Source: Naegleria gruberi (Eukaryota). Taken from it: a stretch of 64,000 nt of DNA. How positions within the stretch are numbered: the stretch's first letter is position 1; each line of letters starts with the position of its first letter. The DNA is taken from the NCBI GenBank assembly GCA_000004985.1, contig GG738846.1; one strand, 5' to 3'. The position numbers were made by a program, and so were the translations under genes. Below are positions 45,351-54,989 of the stretch, piece after piece. The notes below the pieces were generated by a model, which was not told the origin of the DNA, ran no database searches, and saw only the letters and a list, made by a program, of their open reading frames with translations.

Positions 45351-46505
45351 CTAGTAATCAGTTTGTGGGTTGTATCCATCTCTTCTACTCTTAGTTTGGA
45401 AAAATTGGAAAAGACCCTTAGAAATAACAACTAAAAGAGTCAAAATTGTAAGTGTACCTGTGGTAGCCCACATGGCAATAGTTGGAGTTTCCATGATATC
45501 ACATGGTGGATATTGAGCTAAAAATCTAACATTCAAAGCACTCATTGGTTCCTTTTCTAATTCCTCAGGTGATTGAGAGAAAACATAGGTCAATGTCTTG
45601 TCAATGTGATGAACATTATAATTAGTTGGTGAAGCAACAGAAATATTGGCACCTCTGAGACCTGGATATGGGAAGTGAAGAGTTGCAACAACACCACTTT
45701 CATTCAAATATGGGATAGAATAATTTGAAACAATAGGGAATGTAAGAGTGTTAATATCAACTCTAGCATCGCCTTCTTTACCACTAACAGTTGTGTTGGT
45801 GACATATTTGATAACTCCCATGACAAGAATTGAAATTTCAAATCTTTGTGGATTGGTAAAATTCTTATAATAGTTAAATTTGAGTTGTGAAAGTTTAACA
45901 GCTGGTTCAACAGTGTTATCATAGGTAATAATTTCCTCATATCCTGGATCAGAGCTCGAAATTGATTCAGTTTCATTACCGTGATGATCAATGTGCTTTG
46001 GTGTTAAATACTTGTAGCTAGGAATGTCGGTAACTGGAATCTTTGGAGTAACAAAAACTTGAACACCATCAGCGCCTAATAATAATGAATAATACATCCA
46101 ATAATAATAATATTATATAATGAATGAAATGAATAATAATAATAATAATTTAACGCATCCAAAGTTCAAATGATGAATAATTAATAACAATAACACGGAC
46201 GGAATTGTGTTAAAAAATCATATTTTCAACAAACCAACAAAAAACTACTACATACCTTGTTTTGTTGATGGTTCCAAAGGAGGCATATCTACATTAATAA
46301 ATTGATTATAAACAAAATTACAGTACGAAACACCAGGGAAAGTATAAGTTGTACATTGTGAGTTATCATTCTTTAATAATTCCAAATCAACTTGATATTC
46401 TTTATAGGAAGGAATAACTGGGAGTGGATCATCACACAAAACAACAGCCATCATTATGCTCATCAAGGCTAACACACCAAGTAGCCTCGGAAGGATTCTC
46501 GCCAT
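45351..46505 (-). CDS. Secreted / type I membrane glycoprotein-like hypothetical protein. Two exons: 46505..46256 and 46065..45351.
   Basis: Signal peptide MARILPRLLGVLALMSIMMAVVLC. There are many N-x-S/T sequons. The C-terminal TM is TGTLTILTLLVVISKGLF, followed by a short cytoplasmic tail. The 190-nt intron at 46066-46255 (GTATGT…AG) is in frame. Confidence 0.5.
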
Positions 46506-46876
46506 CTTTTGGAAATGTAAAAAATGGAGGGAAATAAAGTGAGGTATTTTTTTTAAGAAGAATTTCAATGGAGTTTATAAAGGAGTTGTTTCTCGAACTC
46601 CTGTACTCATATTTGTTATGGCTTTAAATTTCACAAAGCGAGTTTTGAATTTGCAGGAAGTTGTGAAGTGTAAAGTGCAATGTTAAAAAACCAGCAAAAC
46701 AAGAGTTTGAATACAGCCTATTTCAAGGAATTTTCCTCGAATCGACAAATTAGTCCAAATACACAAAATTTAATATCCAATTTGAAAACATATGTTTATT
46801 TGATTTTATTCGAAAAAGAAAATCAATTTCGTACCTGTAAATTAAAAATTAATTTCAAATAATTTATTTAAAAAAA

Positions 46877-48002
46877 ATGGAAGTTGATGTTTTTGGTGAT
46901 AATAAAGACGGTCAGGCTAGGAATGCGATCGTAACGAAGGAGGTTACCTATTTTAATCGTCTTTACTATTCAATGTACGTGAAGGATAATACAACAATGG
47001 ATCCAGCTATTCATAAAGAACATCTGGAAATGTTGGTAGGAAATTCTGGCATCCCTGGTTTAACCTTGGCTTCACCACCACCACAGGTACGTTGATCACT
47101 CCATTAATATTGGTTGTTGATCGCATTAATCTATTTGATCTTGTGATTTTATTTGATTTAATCAATTATTATTTAATTGATTCAAATAATTATTAATATA
47201 GAAAAAAAGAAGTATTTCAGAGGTGAACAATACACCATCATCATCTAAACAATCTGTAAATAATACATCATCAAAAAAGAAAAAAACTACCGACAAGATA
47301 TCAAAAATCAAAGTGTACACTTCAAGTTTATTTGACAAAGGACTTTTAGCCTCTGGAGATACTGTAATGTTCAAGCATGATGATAAGGAAATTAAATGTA
47401 AAGTGAATAATCATGGGGAATTGGAGGTCAATAATGCTGATAAAACTGATACGAGAATTTCAAATAATTTGAGAATTATCACACAATTTATTTGTAAAGC
47501 TTATAACTTACCCTTAATGGGAAAATCAAAATATTGGAATTTATTTTATCTAGTTAATAAGAATGGATCTAGGAATAAGCTCAAAACTTTGAGAGAGCAG
47601 TATTTGGCATTACATGAACAGGGAAATTCAAAAGTTGTAGCTGAAAAGAGTGACAAGTCAGAAGAGAAAGAAACTGCCAAGAGAAGAAGAAGAAAACAAG
47701 CTGAAGAAGCCAGCAAGAAGAATGCTCGTTTATTAATTTCTCAATTGGTTAGTAGCGGACTTTTAAAGGATGGTGCTAAAGTAATTTATAGAGGTCAGAA
47801 AACTACTTTTCATGGCAAAATTACAAAGTCCAAATTTATCTCATATTACGACCAACTAACTAAAAGAGAAGAACAATTTGAAACACCCAACTCATTTAAA
47901 TCTCATATTGGTGAACTTGGTAACTGTTGGCAACAAATGGTTCTCGTTGATGATGACCAGGAAATCTCATTCCAAACTTTAAGAGATAAATATTTTGAAT
48001 GA
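46877..48002 (+). CDS. Hypothetical K/R-rich (nuclear-like) protein with an internally duplicated module of about 70 aa. Two exons: 46877..47086 and 47202..48002.
   Basis: The GTACGT donor at 47087 and the AG at 47200-47201 join in frame. The two modules are …SSLFDKGLLASGDTVMFKHDDKEIKCKVNNHGELEV…ISNNLRIITQFICKAYNL… and …LVSSGLLKDGAKVIYRGQKTTFHGKITKSKFISY…NSFKSHIGELGNCWQQMVLV… A KRRRRKQAEEASKK NLS-like block sits between them. Confidence 0.45.
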
Positions 48003-48655
48003 GGAATCAATCTTTAAAGAATCAACAAATACAAGAGATACTATTTGGCCTCGATTTTGTAATCTATTTTGATCTGCAAGTATTAATAAATTGCTAAACA
48101 ATTGACAAAAAAACAAAATTCCAGCTGTTGAAAGTCAAGTTTCTAGTGAAATTATTACAAAAAAAGCCTTAAATATCCAGATTTTTGTTTGTTACAATTA
48201 TTATGTTGAGCTAATTATTTTCTTGATTATGTTAGAAGATCTTTCAATTTAAACGATCCAATTCACTCTCTAATGTCAATGGAATTGAAATTACAGAATT
48301 TGTTATTCTTTTGATATTTTCCTCTCATTTGAGAAATTGTTTTCCATTGGTTGAGTAAATTATATGCAGATCATTTTTGGTTTATTGATAAATTTCCTTT
48401 GCCCCATTCGTTTTACAATTCTTAATATGCTAGAAGATGATGAGAATAATTAAGACGTCTTTCTCGAAAACATCAATAATCTCCCGAAGCCTTGTTATTA
48501 TTATTTTAAAAGACAAAAATAAAAAACACAAAATAGCCTAACACAACGCATCATCACAACAGCCGACAGTTTTAAAATAATTTAACGGCTATTCATCAAC
48601 ATTTTTGTATCATAAAACAACAACCTCAACATATATAATCATCAACGATGGAATC

Positions 48656-50523
48656 ATGTCTCAAGACTCATCAGGACTAAAACAATCAAACGGAAATACT
48701 AAAGATCCACTTGTTGTAAAATTGGAGGCTAACAAGCTCCGACTAGGATGCACAAGAGACGACTATAGAACATTGCAAATTATTGGGAAGGGTTCTTTTG
48801 GACATGTCTTTTTAGCATACTCAATTCATGGAAATCAACCTCATGTCGCTATAAAGAAAATAGACAAGGAATTACTACTGAATGACTATAATGTTGATCG
48901 TTTAAATAGTGAAATAACTATTCACCTGAATATGAATCACGAAAATATTGTGGAATTATATCTTTATTTTGAACAAAATAATTCTTATTATCTAGTGATG
49001 GAGTATTGTAAAGGAGGTGATATGTATAAATTCTTGAAAAAACAAAAAACCTTTAATGAAGCCCAATCAAAACATTACTTGACACAAATTGTGAATGCAC
49101 TGATATATTTACAATCGTTCGGAGTGGTTCACAGGGATCTCAAAGTATGTACACTATATCATTAGAATCAATTTAATGTTTTTAAAGCTTTCTAACATTT
49201 TACTAACTGAAGACCAGCAACAAATCAAATTATCAGACTTTGGACTCTCCACAAAGCTTGATAGTGTTGATGGAGAGCAAAGCACTATTCTAGGAACGCC
49301 AAATTATATGGCCTAGTAAGTTTTTAATCAATTTTTAACCAACACCATTCAGTGAAATTGTAAATAAGATGAATTATGGAATGAAGGTAGATAATTGGGC
49401 TCTAGGTTGTATATTATTTACATTTTTGGTTGGTGAATCTCCATTTGATGAAGGAAGTAGAACTCAAACGTTTGATAAGATTAGAAAATTGGATTACAAG
49501 ATTCCTGATTTTGTCTCTAAAAATGCAAGAGATTTGATTGAAAAACTTCTGCATCCAGATCCTACCAAACGTATTTCCCTTATCGAATGTAAATCTCACC
49601 CTTTTCTAAGAGAATCTATTCCAAAGCCTATTCAAACTAATGGATTCAATTCTAACTCAAGGGCAAAAACACAGGAAGAGATTTCATCCACAATTACCAA
49701 GACTCCATTCAATACCATTAGAATTAAACCATTCACTCACAAGAAGAACGATATTCATATAGAGATTAATGAAACAGGGAATGTATTCTTGACATTTAAT
49801 AATGGAGACAGAAGATTTATTGTTTCAGGAGATGGAAAAACGATATGGTATGAAAAGAAAGCATCAAGGCGGAAAGAGTTCTCCTTCTTTGAAATGCCAT
49901 CATCAGTAGAAAAATACTATGAATATGCCAGAAATTTAATTGACACTATTAAGAGTAAGACTCCAAAAATAATATACCTAGATACTGATTTCAAATGTAT
50001 TCAAATGGAAAATCATCCATTTCCTGATTATGAAACATCACTCTTTCCATCGGGTATCAGAATGGTGTATCAAAGAAGAAAAAGCATGGTCATTGTGAGA
50101 TTTTCTAAGGAAAGATCTGTTTCAATTCACCTCAACAAGGACCTCACATTATTCAAAGAAGAAATGGATCTCATAGATAATCACAAAATTGTAAAAGTAG
50201 AAGGATCACTAACTGTTGAAGAGAGCGAAATTCTTTTCAATAACTCTGTTCTGTGGTCCAGTTTAGGCCATGTAAAGAAAGGTATTGATCTCATAGAACA
50301 AGCAGAGAGAGAAATGGCGATCGATTCTTATCCATTCTTTATCAATGCAACCAGTAACACATCTGGTCCTCTAAGTCCAACCCTAAGTGATACCAGTACA
50401 ACAAGTAGTAACAATTCCTCTACACTGAATCGTTGTTTACTTTCATCTCTTTCCTTCTCCACCAACAACAGTGAATCCAACCCACCAGATGATAGTAGCT
50501 TTTCTAATCCACATTTCTATTAA
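48656..50523 (+). CDS. Polo-like kinase of the PLK4/SAK type, with two polo-box-like repeats at the C-terminus. Three exons: 48656..49144, 49188..49315, 49353..50523.
   Basis: The kinase domain reads IGKGSFGHVF…AIKKIDK…HRDLK|LSNILLTEDQQQIKLSDFGLST…GTPNYMA|YEIV…DNWALGCILFTFLVGESPF. The 'LSN' after HRDLK and the overall similarity point to PLK4 (…[28 protein letters not shown]). The C-terminal …IRIKPFTHKKNDIHIEINETGNVFLTFNNGDRRFIVSGDGKTIWYEK… and a second similar block resemble a cryptic polo box. Introns are 43 and 37 nt. Confidence 0.7.
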
Positions 50524-51124
50524 ACTTTCCTCCTTAAATAACTTTTCAAAACACCTCAAATAATCTTCTCAAACTGCTTAATTGAAACATTCTTTATTCG
50601 TGAAATATTCTGCTATGGCTGTATGACATTCATATCTACTTTACTCATCTAATTAAATTCTTATAGGGTATGTTATATTTTCCTGCCAACTCAGTCGTAC
50701 TCTTCTTACTTCCATTTACGGGAGAACTAGCATAGTTACGCAGCCGCGACTCTAAGGTTTTGTTAAGAAACTATTTTAAAGATTCCAGATTTTTCCTCAA
50801 GTTAAAAACTTGCGAATTTCTCTTTCAGGATTTTAAATAATTTCAAATGCTTGATGAAGATTGGTATTTTCGAATTGAGGTTTCAAATAAATGGTGAACG
50901 TTGCAAAGACAGTGACCGTGTCATTACGGGATCAAGGTGATAGGTATTCCCTCCATTTGAAAAATACTGTCTAAATGTTAAGAAATTAAATAAGGTTAAT
51001 AATTTAAATACAATAAATCCCTCCATCTAACGTTAATTATTTCACTGGTCCATTCTTCCAAACTTCTACTATATAATGCTACTTAATATCAAGTGATTTT
51101 AATTGTTTCATTTCGCATATGAAA

Positions 51125-52036
51125 TTAGGCTTCTTCATCACCAATTCGATTGTTAGAAATATCAAGTGATGTTAATTGTTTCATTTCACTTATTGATTTG
51201 GCTTCTTCATCACCAATTCTATTTCCACCAATATTAAGTGATTTTAATTGTTTCATGTCAATTATTGATTTGGCTCCTTCATCACCAATTCGATTGTTAT
51301 AAACATTAAGTGATGTTAATTGATTCATTCCACTTATAGACTTGGCTCCTTCATCACCAATTCGATTTCCACTAATATCAAGTGATGTTAATTGATTCAT
51401 TCCACTTATGAATTTGGCTCCTTCCTCACCAATTTGATTGAAATAAATATCAAGTGATGTTAATTGTTTCACTTCAATTATTGATTTGGCTCCTTCATCA
51501 CCAATTTGATTTCCACTAATATCAAGCGATGTTAATTGATTCATTTCACTTATTGACTTGGCTCCTTCATCACCAATTTGATTGTAATAAACACTAAGTG
51601 ATGTTAATTGTTTCATTTCACTTATGAATTTGGCTCCTTCATCACCAATTCCATTTTCATCAATAGTAAGTGATTTTAATTGTTTCATTTCACTTATGAA
51701 TTTGGCTTGTTCTATAGAGTCAAGCAACCTTCTCGAAAATTTAACATTTTCAATACTATTCATAAATTGACTTGTCATGAATAATTTAATTCGTTTCTCT
51801 GTAAATTTTTTTTTGAATTCAATAACAAGTTTTGAACGTTCCTTGATCACATTAAAGAATTGTTTTGAAATCAAGGAACAATTATTCAAAATAAACCACG
51901 AATCATCAATCATGGAAATTATTTCAAAACAAACATCATCTGAAAATATTTCTTGGAGCACAAGTTTTTTCTTTTTTCTTTTCTTATTTTTGATCCGAAA
52001 TTGCTTTTTAAAATCTTGAATGCTTCGTTTGCTCAT
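51125..52036 (-). CDS. Leucine-rich-repeat protein of the RNI/NLRC3 type, with an F-box-like N-terminus and about 8 tandem 24-aa repeats
   Basis: The 24-aa (72-bp) unit ISEMKQLTSLDISGNQIGDEGAKS is reiterated tandemly from about 51130 to 51720. The N-terminus LVLQEIFSDDVCFEIISMIDDSWFIL is F-box-like. The ATG is at 52036. Confidence 0.65.
   Translation of the reverse strand: MSKRSIQDFKKQFRIKNKKRKKKKLVLQEIFSDDVCFEIISMIDDSWFILNNCSLISKQFFNVIKERSKLVIEFKKKFTEKRIKLFMTSQFMNSIENVKFSRRLLDSIEQAKFISEMKQLKSLTIDENGIGDEGAKFISEMKQLTSLSVYYNQIGDEGAKSISEMNQLTSLDISGNQIGDEGAKSIIEVKQLTSLDIYFNQIGEEGAKFISGMNQLTSLDISGNRIGDEGAKSISGMNQLTSLNVYNNRIGDEGAKSIIDMKQLKSLNIGGNRIGDEEAKSISEMKQLTSLDISNNRIGDEEA
51130..51720. repeat. 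Tandem 72-bp coding repeats (the LRR array)
   Basis: The DNA pattern 'caagtgatgttaattg(t/a)ttcat…ggctccttcatcaccaat' shows a 72-nt periodicity. Confidence 0.85.
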
Positions 52037-52422
52037 TTTTTTTGTGTTAACTTGTCAATAACATCTGTCTATTAAGTTTGTTGGTCAAACTCAAATGATG
52101 ACAGATAATGAAGTGGATTTAATCAAATTGTTTTACTAAATCCAATTTATTTTTAATATCTGGCATTGAAAATCCTTTTGATATCAAGATTTAACTGGTT
52201 TATTTTGCTCTAGTTTTTCTCTTTCTTGTAATTTCTTAAGCTTTTCTAATAGATTAATGCTTGGCATTCCATTTTGAATTGTTCTATCCAAGAATTGGCG
52301 GATGCTTCTTCATATTTCTTGTCAAAGAATAAATTATAAGCAGCTCCATAAGATTGCCAAAGATTTCTCTGCATTCTAATATTTGATTAATTTCAACTGA
52401 ATTGTAAAATAAACTTACCATC

Positions 52423-52629
52423 TTATTTAACTTCCATAAAATCTCCAAACTCATAAACATTCACTTCAGTAATTTGTTTAGAAGACATACTCTGGTGATT
52501 TTTAGAATGCCAATTCTTGTTAAGCGACTTGTCTAGGAAGAATCTGTGTTGATAGAAATTATGAGTTATTTCCTTAATTTCTTCAGTGACAACAATTTCA
52601 TTGTTCAATTCAAAAGATATCGCTATCAA
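52423..52629 (-). CDS. Small hypothetical ORF of 68 aa. A further 45-codon ORF (MQRNLWQSYGAAYNLFFDKKYEEASANSWIEQFKMECQALIY) lies just downstream, behind an intron-like GTAAGT…AG segment.
   Basis: ATG-initiated. A canonical donor-like 'gtaagtt' lies 3 nt after its stop. The two pieces cannot be joined in frame from the sequence as given. Confidence 0.2.
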   Translation of the reverse strand: MIAISFELNNEIVVTEEIKEITHNFYQHRFFLDKSLNKNWHSKNHQSMSSKQITEVNVYEFGDFMEVK

Positions 52630-53349
52630 AGAAACAACAATTTTATAAAGAGATTTGGAATAGTGGTTTCAATTAATATTTGAAAGGTTGTTATGAGAAT
52701 TCTTTAAATGCGAGAACATTATTGGAAGACTTGTTAAATCATAACCCTTTTTATTATTCAAAATAATGGATTTGAAAGATTTTCAAAACCATTTTACATT
52801 TCTGGTTTCTACTAATAATTTATTTCAAAACAAGAAACCGTAGTCATAATCAAATCACAAAAATATCCACTGACATGGTGTTTGAGTGAGAGTGTTGAAA
52901 TTTCTAAAATCAAGGAAAAACGGTTAGAAGAATCTGAAGAATTAAATTCACTCAAAATTTGCATTTGTATTCATTTAAACATTTAGGGAAATTAAAGAAA
53001 CTTTCCTATAAACATATGGCTCTGATTAACCAATTCCCAAACAATTATTGGACCATATAAACAATATCATGAGATAACAAGGGAGAAAACTTTTAAAATC
53101 AGTCATATCTATTGACTTGAAATACACTATTATTCGCCACTTGTTTGTCCATATAAAACCTCTTTAATTTTCCTGAATGTTTAAATGAATACACGGACAA
53201 ATTTTGTTTGAAATTAACAGATTCAACTAATTCTTCCATTCCAATAACACTATTTATCAATAAATTATATTTAAAGGAATCAATTTGATATTCTTGATGA
53301 AATAAAATGTGCATTTTTTTTATTTAAAATAAATTTTTTAATAAATTAT

Positions 53350-53769
53350 TTAGAAAATATATTTTCTCAAAACACCAGTGGCACCAAGATAAGCAGACCA
53401 AATCAACAAGGCAACCATTGGAAGGAAACTCAATCCAAATCCAGCAGAACGATTATTTGGATATCCTAAACCATACAAAATTCTTCCAACCAAATAAACT
53501 AAACCAATAATTCCACAAACAAAATCATTTCCACTGGCCAAAGCAGTCAACCAAAGTCCACTAATAAAAACAGTCAAATATTCAAGACCATTCATTTGAA
53601 TACGATAAACTCTTTCAAATTCCAAGTTGCCAGTAACAGCTGGTGCCTTGACGCCATATTTAACTCTTGCAGATCCAACACTGAGTGCAGTGAAAATGTA
53701 ATAGATTAAATTTAACACACTGGCAGTGAGAACGAGAGGATAAGTTTCGGTGATGATATTTGATGACAT
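53350..53769 (-). CDS. MAPEG-family membrane protein (microsomal glutathione S-transferase 3 / LTC4-synthase-like)
   Basis: 139 aa with 4 TM helices. The MAPEG signature is …FERVYRIQMNGLEYLTVFISGLWL… and …RILYGLGYPNNRSAGFGLSFLP…. Confidence 0.75.
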   Translation of the reverse strand: MSSNIITETYPLVLTASVLNLIYYIFTALSVGSARVKYGVKAPAVTGNLEFERVYRIQMNGLEYLTVFISGLWLTALASGNDFVCGIIGLVYLVGRILYGLGYPNNRSAGFGLSFLPMVALLIWSAYLGATGVLRKYIF

Positions 53770-54023
53770 TTTTTTTGATTAATTTCAAAGTCAAACGATT
53801 GTTGTTAGTCCTCTTAGGATTATGTGAAAGAGCAGTAGGAAAATGCTTCCGCACCAAACGTGTTTAAATTGAAGGACTGTTTAATTTGGGGAGGATTTCA
53901 CATCCCTTTGATCCGCTATTATGTACGTCCTCATTGAGGATTCGAATCGTTGAATTCATTAATGACACCACTCAACAATAAGTCATTCCTTAACAACTTT
54001 AACATAAATTGTTTGAAATTTAT

Positions 54024-54833
54024 TTAAAGAACTTGCCAATGTTCTTCAAAAGCACAACAAACTTTCATGCAAACCATAGCACCTGATAATGGATAACTCG
54101 ATATCGAAACATATTCGTCTACATAATCAACTTTCAAATCACCACGAGCAAAGGCACCAATAACGAAAACCATTGGTCCATCTTCTGAAATGTCAGTAGG
54201 ATCTTGTGATGGTTTCTTATTGACCATAGCTCTTTGTTTAGCACATAAAACTGGAACATATTCCTCCAAACGAACAACAGTTTCTTGATTATATTCTGCA
54301 GCAACTTTCAATGCAGTTGATGGTAAATGTTCTGTAATTGGATTTTTGATAACTTTAAACAAAACTGCTTCTGTTTCAGATGCCTTGATTTTGTGTTTGA
54401 AAAGCAATTGAACCATCAAACCTGCAAAACGTTTATAAGTACGAGGAACACGAGTATGTGGATTAACTTCTATCAATGTATTATCAGCAGTATGCATGTA
54501 AACTTGTAAAAGACCTGCCTTACTTATCGGAGAGTCAAAAAGTGAAAGTAAACATTGATGAACGACATCAGGTCTGTAATCATCTGGATTCTTTCCATGT
54601 TTTGATAAATAGGTACGATGATCATCACTGTTTAATAATTTATATTTTTCTCCAATTTTACCAACTTCAAGAGGACAATTTTCCAAAACTACAATCAATC
54701 TTCTCTTACTTTCCTTTTCCACATATTTCTTTGCTTGGAGTGTCTTTGCTTCCTTTGAAACTTTATCAGCAGCACCCGATGGTGTAGAATTTGATGAAGA
54801 AGTGTGTTTACGTTCTCTTTGTTGTTTTGGCAT
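54024..54833 (-). CDS. EMG1: Ribosome biogenesis methyltransferase EMG1/Nep1 (SPOUT fold)
   Basis: …RLIVVLENCPLE…RPDVVHQCLLSLFDSPISKAGLLQVYMHTADNTLIEVNPHTRVPRTYKRFAGLMVQLLFKHKIKA… matches the conserved Nep1 core (RPDI.HQCLL.L.DSPLNKAG…IPRTF.RF.GLMVQLL). Confidence 0.8.
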   Translation of the reverse strand: MPKQQRERKHTSSSNSTPSGAADKVSKEAKTLQAKKYVEKESKRRLIVVLENCPLEVGKIGEKYKLLNSDDHRTYLSKHGKNPDDYRPDVVHQCLLSLFDSPISKAGLLQVYMHTADNTLIEVNPHTRVPRTYKRFAGLMVQLLFKHKIKASETEAVLFKVIKNPITEHLPSTALKVAAEYNQETVVRLEEYVPVLCAKQRAMVNKKPSQDPTDISEDGPMVFVIGAFARGDLKVDYVDEYVSISSYPLSGAMVCMKVCCAFEEHWQVL

Positions 54834-54989
54834 TTTTTATTTGTTGAACATTTTTTAAATTCATCTAATTTTTAGAAGCAATAAATTTATGATTTTAAGA
54901 AATTATAATTATTATATTAAATATTAAATATTGGAATAAAAGAATTGACGAATAGGTTGGTGTTGGTAATGAATTTAAAAATCTTGAAT

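Noticed and set aside
53099-53314. 71-aa ATG ORF 35 nt downstream of the MAPEG gene on the same strand
   Set aside because: It has no recognisable features and could be a 3' UTR. It cannot be supported without transcript evidence.
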